Virus record (IMG/VR): IMGVR_UViG_3300007351_000004
Length of the DNA: 64,000 nt
Reading direction: 5' to 3' (one strand)
Source of the DNA: a virus
Each line of letters starts with the position of its first letter. The first letter of the stretch is position 1. Made by a program: the position numbers and the translations under genes. Shown here one piece after another: positions 10,370 to 21,276 of the stretch. The notes under the pieces are model-generated. The model did not search any database. It worked only from the letters and a program-made list of their open reading frames with translations, and was not told the origin of the DNA.

Positions 10370-11485
10370 TTAACTCCCTCCGCTCCCGTCTAGAATTCTC
10401 TTTTGAGCCATCTCTACATACTCAGGATTCAGATCTCCACAGATAAACTGCCGACCACTCTGCACTGCTACTAAACCTGTAGTACCCGTTCCACAAAAGA
10501 AATCCAAAACAACACCACCAATCGAACAACCAGCTATAATCATCGGTTTGATTAGTTTTGGGGGAAAAGATGCAAAGTGTGCTAAACTTGACTGTCCTAC
10601 GTGTATATCAAACGCCAAAATCTGATTATCAACCAAAGTTCCCCTATTTTCTCGAACTTCTTTTAAGTAATTTAATTGATTTTCTGTATCTTCAATCATT
10701 ATATCTAATGAATCGTAATAGGCATCTGTATTACGGTATCGTCTACCTTTATTTTTATCTATATTCTTCTTAAAATTCTCAAGTGTTTTTCTAGCAGAAC
10801 GCGAAGAATCTGATCCGTAATCCTTCTCTCCCCCAGTTTGTAGATCAAAACCTGAATGATTAATTCTTTTTAGACTGCTCTCAGCATAAGGACGTAAAAT
10901 ATTTTCATAGTCATAATAATATTTCTTTGATTTAGAAAATAGAAAAACATATTCCAGCGAAGAAGTAGGACGATCTTTTATACTCTCTGGCATAGCATTA
11001 GGTTTAATCCACGGCATAACCGAACGCCAATACCACCCGTCAGACTGCAAAGCAAATGCTACTCGAAAGGGAATACCCAACAGGTCTTTAGATTTATACC
11101 CGTCTGGTACTGGCTGACCTTTAATTAAAGAGCCTTTATTGCTGGCTTGTTTACGACTCATATTTGGAACTGTGCCGTTTTCCCAAGTTCTGCCTGATGC
11201 CTTACCGCCCCCCGCATAACTATCTCCCAAATTCAACCACAGAGTTCCGTCATTTCGTAATACACGTCCTGCTTCACGAAATACTTCAACTAATCTCTCA
11301 ACATACTGTTCGGGAGTTTGTTCGGCACCAACCTCTTCAGGTTTACTTGGATCATTCTCGTCTAAATACGAGCGCAATCCGTAATAAGGCGGGGAAGTTA
11401 TAATACAATGTACAGACTGATCGGGCAAATCTTTGAGCAAATCTATAGCACTTTTACAGACAACCTGATTGAGATACTTATCCAT
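10370..11485 (-). CDS. DNA methyltransferase (N4-C/N6-A, beta class)
   Basis: ITSPPY catalytic motif, HFASFP, VLDFFCGTGTT SAM motif. Confidence 0.92.
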   Translation of the reverse strand: MDKYLNQVVCKSAIDLLKDLPDQSVHCIITSPPYYGLRSYLDENDPSKPEEVGAEQTPEQYVERLVEVFREAGRVLRNDGTLWLNLGDSYAGGGKASGRTWENGTVPNMSRKQASNKGSLIKGQPVPDGYKSKDLLGIPFRVAFALQSDGWYWRSVMPWIKPNAMPESIKDRPTSSLEYVFLFSKSKKYYYDYENILRPYAESSLKRINHSGFDLQTGGEKDYGSDSSRSARKTLENFKKNIDKNKGRRYRNTDAYYDSLDIMIEDTENQLNYLKEVRENRGTLVDNQILAFDIHVGQSSLAHFASFPPKLIKPMIIAGCSIGGVVLDFFCGTGTTGLVAVQSGRQFICGDLNPEYVEMAQKRILDGSGGS

Positions 11486-11864
11486 ACAGTCTCCTTAAGG
11501 GCTTGATAGGATTTAAACGCTGAATCTCCGAAATTTTCCAAGATACCCACGACAAAACTAAAGATCTAGGCGGTGAATCTGCATACTCCATATGAAACTC
11601 TAAATCTGATATATCAGATGTCACCAGACCCATAAATCTATCACTTTGGTAATATAACTGCCAAAAGTTATCCTTCAATAAATCAAGTGTCAATGAAAGA
11701 TCTTCTGTAAAATTAGGCACAGACTGCTCTAAACCACCGGGCGTAGTACCGTGAATAGACCACTCATCACCAAATGATACCTGCATATATAAATTCGTCC
11801 AGCCTAACAGATGAGCCACCAACAGATTCAGTGTTAAATCGTCGTATTCACGAATCTGATCCAT
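11478..11864 (-). CDS. Phage ABA-sandwich-like domain protein
   Basis: LNLLVAHLLGW...PNFTEDL...; start reassigned to ATG 11864 because the longer ORF runs through the tRNA. Confidence 0.55.
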   Translation of the reverse strand: MDQIREYDDLTLNLLVAHLLGWTNLYMQVSFGDEWSIHGTTPGGLEQSVPNFTEDLSLTLDLLKDNFWQLYYQSDRFMGLVTSDISDLEFHMEYADSPPRSLVLSWVSWKISEIQRLNPIKPLRRLYG

Positions 11865-11872
11865 GTCGTAGG

Positions 11873-11945
11873 TAGGCTTGGCAGGACTCGAACCTGCGAT
11901 ATCGTGTTTAGAAGACACGCGCTTTCTCCACTAAGCTACAAGCCC
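11873..11945 (-). tRNA. tRNA-Arg (anticodon TCT), CCA not encoded
   Basis: GGGCTTG/CAAGCCT acceptor, CGTGT-CT TCT AA-ACACG anticodon arm, GCAGG-TTCGAGT-CCTGC T arm. Confidence 0.95.
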
Positions 11946-12107
11946 GCTATCTGATACAATTACACAAGTCAACATACCGAGCAGATATAAAATACAAATT
12001 ATGGACCAGACCACACACGAGACATTGATCGATTGGTTATCATATAACAACGTATAGCCTGGGGGTTCGGGTGAATTATCTGGTTTCATCTCTCATCCTT
12101 TAAGAGT

Positions 12108-12136
12108 AGTCTACACCTAAATGCGCGAGATGTCAA
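12108..12136 (-). promoter_or_regulatory. Sigma70-type promoter
   Basis: TTGACA-17 bp-TAGACT with TG extension, just downstream of a terminator. Confidence 0.7.
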
Positions 12137-12141
12137 GACAT

Positions 12142-12193
12142 AAAAGCAAAACCCGCCACATTTGAGCGTGTCCGAAGACCTCAGCTTGGCGGG
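12142..12193 (-). terminator. Intrinsic terminator
   Basis: CCCGCCA/TGGCGGG outer stem, inner GTC-TTCG-GAC hairpin, followed by TTTTGCTTTT. Confidence 0.7.
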
Positions 12194-14374
12194 TGTACTA
12201 TTTTTAGTATAACACTAGCCTTTCTCATCCAAAACATCAAAACGAAAGACAATATACCAAAGCATCATTATAGTAGTACAAAAACGAGCATTATCTATAT
12301 CTCCACCAATAAGAGAGATACCAGCAAGAGTTAGAAAAACTACGGAAGCCATCAATGAAAATTTCATTGTTTTACTCCACAAAAGATGACATAAAATTTT
12401 CAATGCCAGGCGTACCTTCAATCTCAAAAGTAGGACCGTCATAATACACCCGTAGCAGATGACAAACATGATCATCTTTAAAATTGATCATATACTCGCC
12501 CTGCAGGTAAGGTAGGGCGGTTGGATCAATAATGTCTGCCAGATAGCCTTCCAATCTGGGATACTCGATCCCCGTTATCTCGCGCTCTCGTTTGTAAAGT
12601 TTACACAGTCTGCGAACAAGATCGGGATAAGACATTAGTCTTCCTCCGACATACACTCGGAACTCTCTTTTAGACTTTCCACCTGTTCTTCGGCTTCCAA
12701 CAACTGAAGATAAAACGTGCGCTGATGCATCGGCAGGTACTTTCGACCTTCTTCGTCATACATGCGCCGATGTTCGTCACACACCAGAATCTGTGCTGCT
12801 GTTCCAGTGGCTTCTTTTCCGCAAATTACGCAATACAGTTTAGGGGGCGCCATCACTTTATCCTTAGAGTATCTAGCGTATAACTCTCAATTACCCACAA
12901 AACATAAGTTCCTTCCCAAGTGAAATAGTAGCCCGTTACAGGGATATGTGTCCACACTAGATCGGAGGCTGCTTCTTGTTGGGCTTTTTCTAACGTTGAA
13001 AACACCCCTACAACATAATCCAAAGGAGTTGGATCACTTAGAATATCCTCCCTAAACAAAACATAAACTTTATTATTGATAATCATTATCGTTACTCCTT
13101 ATTCGGATTAGTTTCGTATCCACACTTTTCGCATTTGTATATTCGGTAATTGCCTAGATGTTCACCTGTCTCAGCATCCAGGGCAGGGCGATCAAACCGC
13201 ACCATAAGCGTCTTACACTTAGGACACCAGCGCTGCAGACGATCTTCCCAATACTGCCCGTCTTGACTATAATAATCGAAGCTATCCATTACATCATCCC
13301 CAACAAAACAGCAAACCGAGTGATCAAAGTCTTGCGATAGAAAATAATCTCCAAATGATCCTCTACCATACAAAAACGAACGAAATACTTGACTCTTTTA
13401 CTCAGCCAATCTTCTGCGTCACGTAAAATCTCAAATGTACTCAGGTTAGTTAGCCACCACTGAAAATCCCGCTTTTGCGCATCAGTAAATCCTAAATGCT
13501 GCATAAAGCGATCTACATCATACGGCAGTCTTACATACGAATCGTGAGAGTGGTAAAGATACACTTTAACCCCCTTCGTCAGCTTTCGTTTCCATATAGG
13601 CAAACAGCAAAGACACACCAATAATACTGTTAACAATCCCAGCAGGTATAAGCCAGATATCGTCCAGATCCCATACGAGCATAGGCCAGAACATACACAG
13701 ACCGAGAAGCAAGATAATCGCCGCTAAAATCAGAAAACCGAGCGTAATTTCAAACAAACTACTCATAAAATACCCGAAAAACTTACTCATGACAGTTCGT
13801 CCTCTATATATGCCGCTTCGTCTTTTAATATTTCCAACATATAAGTTGGAAACCACATTTCATCATTTTTATTTAGTATATATCCGCGCTCTGCTAGTTC
13901 CCTTCTCCAAAACCAATTTCTCCACGTAAAAACTCCCGTCCGACTGTTAATTTCTGCAGGTGTAATATTCGGATCAAACTTCTTTCCAAAATTAATAAAT
14001 GTACAGTATTTCTCTTCGTCTTCGCGTTTAATTTTACCACAACATAAACACTCCTTTTTCACGTATTTAGTAAAACCAATCAACCACCCACTTTTGTACT
14101 CATAGTCTGTCTCATGCCTAATATGCCAATCGTGTAGACCTAACCAACACTTTATTAGATTGTATATATCATTCATATTTTTACCCCCTTAAAGTAATTA
14201 AAATGGCTATCGGAAGTACCGCAACCAGACCAAACAGCACAAGAGAAGGTAGCTCGTCCAGCGGCACATATATCCACTCATGAAGTATAATAGAAAGCAG
14301 AAGCCCTACCCATGCAACAATTACCATAACGGTTAAAGTGAGCAAAAACCACACCACCAAAAATTCAAGTATGA

Positions 14375-14746
14375 TCATTGATTTAATCTCCACGCGATCC
14401 AGGCTAACACGATAGCACGAGCAGGCATACGATCATGCTCGATATACGCCCTGTCTTTGTGGTCACAAATTACCGCCGACCACCCAAAATCACATAAGCC
14501 TGACAAAGTAAAAGCATGAACCTGTTCACCGTTGAATAACTCTACTGCATCATCCAAACATTCGGGCCATTCTGGTAACACAGTACGGCTGGTCCACCCA
14601 GGCGGTACTCCTTGATAGTCAAACATAGGCTCGTCTTCCCATTCACCAAACTGTTCGTAAATATCAGTCCAACCCAACAACTGCGCCACTAACAAACGTA
14701 ACGCAGTGTTGTCCATCTCTCGAACTTGTTCCATCGTCAGATTCAT
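14375..14746 (-). CDS. Phage ABA-sandwich-like domain protein (paralog of 11478-11864)
   Basis: MEQVREMDNTALRLLVAQLLGW...PARAIVLAWIAW. Confidence 0.6.
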   Translation of the reverse strand: MNLTMEQVREMDNTALRLLVAQLLGWTDIYEQFGEWEDEPMFDYQGVPPGWTSRTVLPEWPECLDDAVELFNGEQVHAFTLSGLCDFGWSAVICDHKDRAYIEHDRMPARAIVLAWIAWRLNQ

Positions 14747-15427
14747 GTCAGTCTCCCTTATGTAACTTGGCAAGCAACGCAATTAGCGCCTCATAGGGTG
14801 TTAGTCCATGCCCAAAGGGTTCTGGTAGTGCGTGTTGTCCGTCACGAGTAACATTATCGGACGGAACAGCAGTATAATATACTTGTCCGTAATCATTTAC
14901 CTGCTGAAATACAGTAAACGAAAACTCGTATGGATAAGATACTGCCATAACTTTTTCGTCCTCGCGTTCCTGTTTAGCCTTGACAGCCTTATCCCATCTC
15001 TTTCTTTGCTCTGACATTGATTCTAACCCTCAAAAATCTCGATCTTCTTCTGGAATAGTCAGCAAAAAATCTAAGAACTCGTGTGTTGCGGCTAACTCTA
15101 ACAATCCGTGCCGATATAAACCGTTTTCTTTTACAGAGTAAAACTCTAAAGCCACAGATGTCGGATCCGGATTTTCTACAGTGTATCCAAGACGGGTAAT
15201 GATCGCCTCTTTCAATAACTTTTGACTTCGCACAATAGTGTCGTCGTCTAAATTATAATCGTCCAATACAACATGAGCAGGGCCCCAAGATGCTTCGGGA
15301 TATTTATCACAAAATATATCAATTAAATCCATAACGAGATGTGCCACGTGATTTCTCCATAGACAAGCATACATCCGAACAGGTGGAATGTCAAGGTGCA
15401 ATTATGTTATTGCTTTGTGTAAAGGTG

Positions 15428-16156
15428 CTAAATAAACTCAGCCAACCGCTGGTAGGCTTTCTCGCACAATACAGGATCGATCTCAATTCCGATAGATAGT
15501 CTACCTGTATTTCGCGCAGCCAGACACACAGAACCGGATCCCATCGCGTTATCCAGTACAACATCGCCTAGATTGGTATAGGTTCTAATCAAAAATTCGC
15601 ACAGATCAACCGGCTTCTGAAATTCACAGATTCTTTCTGGATCGTCATTATTCACCACGTCAAAATACAGAACATCATTCGGATACCTGCGAGTTGTTCC
15701 GGCGTCATTCACGACTCGTTTCTCCTCACCATAAACGTTGCTCGACCTCTTTTTTCTGGCCCAATTCATAGGCTTATGTCCGTAACTAAACTGAGGATTG
15801 TAAGTAGGCAAGCTACGATAGAAAACTAGAATATCCTCATGAGCGCGCAGCGGCATCTTTCTAGAATTTAAGTGATTGGTGGATTTATTCTTGATCCACA
15901 CATACTTATATCTATACAGATCAAATCTGGACAACGCCAACTTAAACGTAAACTGGTTATGCGCAAACAAGACAATCGCCGCATTTTCCTTACAAACACG
16001 CAGATATTGATCCCACAATAAATCTAAATCGATCTCCACATCTCGCTTAGATTGCGTCGTCCCGTAAGGAAGATCACACAAGACCATATCCACGCTGGAG
16101 TCTTCAATTTCTGGCAGTAGGGCGAGACAATCCCCACACATAACTCGATTAATCAT
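15428..16156 (-). CDS. DNA methyltransferase (N4-C/N6-A, beta class)
   Basis: CDLPYG, QKPVDL, VLDNAMGSGS, GIEID. Confidence 0.92.
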   Translation of the reverse strand: MINRVMCGDCLALLPEIEDSSVDMVLCDLPYGTTQSKRDVEIDLDLLWDQYLRVCKENAAIVLFAHNQFTFKLALSRFDLYRYKYVWIKNKSTNHLNSRKMPLRAHEDILVFYRSLPTYNPQFSYGHKPMNWARKKRSSNVYGEEKRVVNDAGTTRRYPNDVLYFDVVNNDDPERICEFQKPVDLCEFLIRTYTNLGDVVLDNAMGSGSVCLAARNTGRLSIGIEIDPVLCEKAYQRLAEFI

Positions 16157-16590
16157 GCTGATTCTTTATGTACTGCAATAAAAACATGATGTCTTTACGA
16201 GCATTAGCTAGAAACTTGTGATTATTCAGGTCTTTACTCGTACACGTCTCCATATCACCACACCAGATTATGGCGGTCTGTTCTGGATCATCGATAGTAA
16301 TGATCAGCTCTCCGTCCGAATTAATACTGGCGCTCCAATCACCCCCACTAGACGCTTCTGCTCGTGCTGTAATTTCCTGAATTATCTCATCAGAAGTTAG
16401 TTTTCGTAGCATATAATCGCGTACTCTATACACACCATAACCGTCAAATTCAACCTCAAGAATATCCTCTGCCCAAACAACAGTTCCCGTTGCGCCCGGT
16501 CGTGGATCCGTTGGACCATCCAGATAAGACAGAATGTGCCTCTTCAAAACAACCCGATCACCCGTCCCATACTTAGTCATCTTTACTCTC

Positions 16591-16983
16591 CTATACAGGC
16601 CACACATAATCCACCAAATCAATGCCGCTCCACTGTACGTAAAATTCTGAATTTTTCCGGTACAGGTTAGATCTGTGCGCATAATGAAACTGCTCATCGC
16701 CTAACCAGTTTGGAATTTTATAATTCGCTTGTGGAACCAAAACGGGCATTGTATTTCGATACCCCCGACTGATCCATTCCCGACAGACAGCCGAATAATA
16801 GGCAATTAGCGCAGCTTCGTAACCGCACCACACTCTCACAGCGGGGTGATTCTGCCAACCATATTTAGAATCAGACAGCGCACATAAAATCTGGTAGGCT
16901 TCTACGCGCTGCTTTCCAAGACGACGATAATCTAACGCCTCAGCACTACGCTCGAAACTAGAGTAGGGTAAAAAGGTTTGCAT
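16591..16983 (-). CDS. Pyrimidine-dimer DNA glycosylase / T4 endonuclease V-like protein
   Basis: MQTFLPY...LDYRRLGKQRVEAYQIL...WQNHPAV..W family signature. Confidence 0.8.
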   Translation of the reverse strand: MQTFLPYSSFERSAEALDYRRLGKQRVEAYQILCALSDSKYGWQNHPAVRVWCGYEAALIAYYSAVCREWISRGYRNTMPVLVPQANYKIPNWLGDEQFHYAHRSNLYRKNSEFYVQWSGIDLVDYVWPV

Positions 16984-17680
16984 AAGTCTCCTAACCTAAA
17001 AACTTCTTTGCAATACCAACGGGGCAGTCGGGAGCATGAGGAATACGAAAGCACACCCTACACGACTCTAATCCTGCACCAGAATATACCTCTGCCGCCT
17101 CACACACTTCACGTAACAAACTCCGAAGGTGCAGCATTTCAGATATCAACGCTTTAGATAGATCATACCCGCTGCCGGGGTTGTACTCCGCAAGTTTCTC
17201 TATGAAGGGAATTAACTGCTGTAATTGTTCGTCCGTATACGTGCTCATCGTGATCTCCTAGACATCAATAACACGAGTTTTCCACCGCTCTACACTATCC
17301 TCACGCATAAAAAGCATCTGATTCACAAGCCAAAGCGTAGCAATTTCAGCCCATACTTTATACTTACAGCGCAAGCCTATAATCTGCCTTGAACGAACAT
17401 TTTTATTGAAATACTCTACAATTACCGGATAAAAATACCCTTTATGCTCGACCTGAAACCCCTGCCAAGAGAAGGTTACTTTTCCATCTTCTGTTTTTAC
17501 ATCTAGCAGTTCGGGAAGTGTTATTTCGGAAGGAAGATCCTCGGTACTCTCCGCATAGGGGTTACCGTTAGCTAGTTCCTCCCACCGATCAAAATTGTCC
17601 GCTACTGGAATCACTTCTGGATCCGATAAAAGAGAAAAAATAACAATGTGTTTCATCGTGATCTCCACATATTTGATACG

Positions 17681-17709
17681 AGTGTATACCTAAACGGGAA
17701 ACAAGTCAA
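17681..17709 (-). promoter_or_regulatory. Sigma70-type promoter
   Basis: TTGACT-17 bp-TACACT; spacer shares TTTAGGT with the 12.1 kb promoter. Confidence 0.65.
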
Positions 17710-17878
17710 GACCCCTCAATAATTAAGATTAGATACTTTAGTCCCAAAGCATTAATTCTTTCTTAACTCTATTTCCCCTCAACAGACAAACAGAGGCAAC
17801 TTTCGTCACCGCGTAGATGCACCCCTAAAAAGCACATCTTAATTATTGAGGGGAAGACTATACAAAACCAGCCCCTAT

Positions 17879-18334
17879 CTACTTAGCACCAAAAATTTTA
17901 TCCACTGTCTCCGCGGTCTTTTGAATGCCATCAACAATAGACTGCGCTGCGACAGAGTTAGCCTCACTAACTGTCTGCGCCTTTGCTTTCCACAAACATC
18001 GCGGGAACTTGATTCCGTCATCCGATTTCTGATAAAACCGACACTTGCGACAGACTGACCAGGGCACAGCATAGTTATACACTTTACCCCTAGCAATACG
18101 CGGATATTGATCCTGCCACACTTGATTACCGCAGAACACGGCCTTTTGCCCGATGCATTCCATCGAGACGCCATCGGCATCGGGGCGGGTAAAACGTGAC
18201 TGGGCGTCGTCTTCATCGGGAGCATCTTTAGAGAATACCCATAGACCAGGATAAATGTGAATACGCCCCAGCGCCTTTTCGCGCGCTTTCTCGAACCACT
18301 CACCGAAAAACGATTTAGCCACTGTTACCTCCAA
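17879..18334 (-). CDS. Hypothetical Cys-rich protein
   Basis: Open 151-aa frame with conserved-looking Cys pairs. Confidence 0.6.
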   Translation of the reverse strand: MEVTVAKSFFGEWFEKAREKALGRIHIYPGLWVFSKDAPDEDDAQSRFTRPDADGVSMECIGQKAVFCGNQVWQDQYPRIARGKVYNYAVPWSVCRKCRFYQKSDDGIKFPRCLWKAKAQTVSEANSVAAQSIVDGIQKTAETVDKIFGAK

Positions 18335-18374
18335 ATTTCGCTCAGATATAGTTTACAGGTATATCCCCGAAAAA

Positions 18375-19070
18375 TCAAGACCACACACCTAATACTTCAG
18401 ATTCAGATAATGTACAGTAATCAGAAGAAATCTCACTACCAATATAATCTCTACCTGACAGAATAGACGCTACCGCCACTGTTCCACTTCCCATAAAAGG
18501 ATCATATATAACCTTAGCATCAGGAAAACACAGCAATACATCCTGAACCATTTTCAAAGGAAAACTACGTGTATGATTCTTATTCGTGCCTTCTGCTTTC
18601 CACTCCTTTGTATCAAATAAATCGTGATGACTAATTGCATTAAACAATTTAGTTTTTGGAGATTTTGCCAGCCAATACAACCGCTCAGTCATAGGATAAA
18701 AGCGGATCTTGTCAAAGTTCTGACTGCCATTAAACCAAACTATCTCCTGCTTAATAATCCAAGAAGTCTGTAATAACCAGATATAGGGCGTTATAGATAC
18801 ACCCTTTCTGATCCTGTTCTTGTGGTTGTAAATTAAACTACCGGTTGGTTTAGTGATCCTATATAACTCTTCCAAAACTTTAATTTGCCACTGCTGATAT
18901 TCGTCTTCTGGCATATTATCGTCATAAGGCTGATGTCGCTTGTTCCCTGTGTGATGAGTATTGCCCAAGTTATAGGGCGGAGAAGTGATCGTAAGATCCA
19001 CAAACCCATCAGGAATGCGCGACATTGTATCCAGACAATCTTGATTGTAGATGCGGTTTAATTGAATCAT
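18375..19070 (-). CDS. DNA methyltransferase (N4-C/N6-A, beta class)
   Basis: ITSPPYN, HTRSFP, IYDPFMGSGT, GSEIS; start ATG 19070 after GGAGG. Confidence 0.92.
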   Translation of the reverse strand: MIQLNRIYNQDCLDTMSRIPDGFVDLTITSPPYNLGNTHHTGNKRHQPYDDNMPEDEYQQWQIKVLEELYRITKPTGSLIYNHKNRIRKGVSITPYIWLLQTSWIIKQEIVWFNGSQNFDKIRFYPMTERLYWLAKSPKTKLFNAISHHDLFDTKEWKAEGTNKNHTRSFPLKMVQDVLLCFPDAKVIYDPFMGSGTVAVASILSGRDYIGSEISSDYCTLSESEVLGVWS

Positions 19071-19087
19071 AAGCGCCTCCACAGACG

Positions 19088-19116
19088 AGAGTACCATCAA
19101 AGGCAGGAGAAGTCAA
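19088..19116 (-). promoter_or_regulatory. Sigma70-type promoter heading the left arm
   Basis: TTGACT-17 bp-TACTCT. Confidence 0.6.
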
Positions 19117-19226
19117 GAGACAATTATAAATAGCAAAAACCAGTCTCAGAAAATGTGCTCGCGTCAAAATCAGGTTAGATGCGTAGTGTCGGCGGCGCGA
19201 CCGAGCGAGTCAGGCGGCGGCTAATA

Positions 19227-19282
19227 GAACAGAAGTTCGATTGCCAGGTGGCTAGAACAAACGAGCGATAGAACATCTGTTT
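19227..19282. promoter_or_regulatory. LexA-type (GAAC-N4-GTTC) operator cluster
   Basis: GAACAGAAGTTC 19227-19238 (perfect), GAACATCTGTTT 19271-19282 (1 mismatch), half-site TAGAAC near 19253. Confidence 0.6.
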
Positions 19283-19488
19283 AAGGTGACAGTCTGGTGA
19301 TTCTGTTCCCTCAGATACCAGGCCGGAATTAGTTTGATATCAAATAGTTCTATGTCGTACTATCTAATATCTGATGTTATCGCATCAAAAACGTTTATGA
19401 TGCGCGTGCATCGTTTATTCTAATTGTAAGATCTTACAAGTGTAATATTCTGTAATGAGAATGCGCGTTTCCCTCCATAGTTAAATGA

Positions 19489-19584
19489 TACGCCATAGAA
19501 TAGTTCCATATAGAATAGTTCTATGGCGTACTATTTTTAACGTCCACCATTACCCACACATCAGATATCAGATGTCTGATATCT
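19489..19584. repeat. Two perfect inverted repeats in the divergent intergenic region
   Basis: TACGCCATAGAA(19489-19500)/TTCTATGGCGTA(19519-19530); AGATATCAGA-TG-TCTGATATCT (19563-19584). Confidence 0.85.
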
Positions 19585-19733
19585 TACAACCTATATATTG
19601 ACGCTCATCGACATGCTCTATCTCTATTGATCCTTAACTCTATCTTAATGCAAGCGTAGGGAATCCGTAGGGTACGATACAATTATACGTGAGATAATGA
19701 AAGCATCAAACGAGCACACTGGAGGATCAAACC

Positions 19734-20093
19734 ATGAAGCTATCGCGCGGTATGCAACAAGTCTTAGATAACGCTAAACGTGAGTATGGTGCAACATTCG
19801 AATCGCCGGAATCCAAACTTGCGCAACGTGATACTGTTAATGCCTTATGGGATGCTAACAGTAAAACGCTTGATGCATTAGAATCGCGCGGTCTGATTGT
19901 AACACTTATGCGCGGTCAGTACATGTATTTCTACCTCACTCAACATGGTTATGATCTGGGCAATGCCGAAGACGCGGAAGTGTATCCTAAGCATGTATGT
20001 CCTAAGTGCGGCGGAACTGGACACATCCGCGAATACTCGCACGTATCAGGCGGTATATGTTTTCACTGCAATGGGTCAGGCAAAGCACGCTAG
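19734..20093 (+). CDS. Hypothetical protein with C-terminal DnaJ-type zinc finger
   Basis: CPKCGGTG...CFHCNGSG; GGAGG RBS. Confidence 0.7.
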   Translation: MKLSRGMQQVLDNAKREYGATFESPESKLAQRDTVNALWDANSKTLDALESRGLIVTLMRGQYMYFYLTQHGYDLGNAEDAEVYPKHVCPKCGGTGHIREYSHVSGGICFHCNGSGKAR

Positions 20094-20184
20094 AATCTAG
20101 TCTCACACACTGCGCATTAATCCGCGTTAGTGCGCAGCAGTGAGCTTAGGCTCAATCGACAAATTAGCGTAGGAGCATAGAATC

Positions 20185-20457
20185 ATGAATCTCACAGAAC
20201 CAACCTATATCAGCATTCGAGAATTCGGGCGAAAGATTCAACAGGCTTTCGCACAGTCTGAACAAGTCGGAATTTTTGAAGACTGGACCATTACAGGAAA
20301 TAATGTAGAGATCACTCACAGAGCAGTTTTCAATATGCCAGATAGATCACGACTCGTATATTTTGAGGAAAGTAACGAGATCTGGCACTACCCTATCAAT
20401 GGGGATCCGGTTTGGTTTGTGGTTAATCGCCCCTATTCGCCCAGTGACACGTTGTAA
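20185..20457 (+). CDS. Early-region hypothetical protein
   Basis: TAGGAGCATAGAATCATG leader. Confidence 0.7.
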   Translation: MNLTEPTYISIREFGRKIQQAFAQSEQVGIFEDWTITGNNVEITHRAVFNMPDRSRLVYFEESNEIWHYPINGDPVWFVVNRPYSPSDTL

Positions 20458-20475
20458 GCATAGGAGCAATCTACA

Positions 20476-20895
20476 ATGAACCACAGATATCCATACACAC
20501 ATAAAACGGATAAGCGTAGTCGTTCTAAAATGGTTGAATTCATACGATCTTTTGATCAACGTTCACCTAGTGGCAATCGTGCAGTATGTATCAAACTGTA
20601 CGCGCTTAATTTGACGCCAGAACAACAAGATCACGCTTATCAGCTATTAAACGATCCATATCACACCGTATGGGAACTAATCGCTATAGCAATTGAGGAG
20701 CACAATCAGACAAATAGATCACAAGTCTATATTGACGGTCGATCCAACGGGTGGTTAGTTGCTGGGTTTTCTAATGACAATCCAAACTATCTAGATATCG
20801 AAGATCTACGTTATCTGTGTCACCAATTAGAATCCCTTTTGTGTTTAGCGGATAGTTTACGGGAAACGTTCGTAAGCTACCTAAACAATCAATAA
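20476..20895 (+). CDS. Early-region hypothetical protein
   Basis: TAGGAGCAATCTACAATG leader; GRSNGWL motif. Confidence 0.7.
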   Translation: MNHRYPYTHKTDKRSRSKMVEFIRSFDQRSPSGNRAVCIKLYALNLTPEQQDHAYQLLNDPYHTVWELIAIAIEEHNQTNRSQVYIDGRSNGWLVAGFSNDNPNYLDIEDLRYLCHQLESLLCLADSLRETFVSYLNNQ

Positions 20896-21276
20896 TTCTT
20901 TTGCCAATCGTCACGATCTAAAGTTGGGATTGGCAATGCTGGAATCACAATTTAACATCACATTTCCGGAATCACTGAAAGCGCGGATCCCCGAACTTGA
21001 GGATCCCTACGTCGGAGCATAGAATCATGACAACCATACTCGCAATTGCACTAATCATCACCATTGCCCTACTCTGGCGTGAACGTAGAATCAGAGAAAC
21101 TCACGTCAAGGATTGGAGCGTAGCATACTCTAGATTATGGGACGATTACGCATTTATCGCTTGCACGCTTGAGGAGATTACTGGTATCGATATTCTTTGA
21201 TCGTCCAATAAACTACTTAGACTTATTTTTTATTCAGAATGGCAATATTGCCAGAATTAGATAGGAGCATAGAATC

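Noticed and set aside
11865-11918. N-terminal extension of ORF 11478-11918
   Set aside because: It reads through the tRNA-Arg gene; the paralog supports the start at MDQIRE
4351-19070. A defined DNA hypermodification pathway (e.g. 7-deazaguanine, dZ, hmC)
   Set aside because: No FolE/QueD/QueC/DpdA, PurZ or thymidylate-synthase-like genes recognised; GT2, radical SAM and phosphoesterase alone are insufficient
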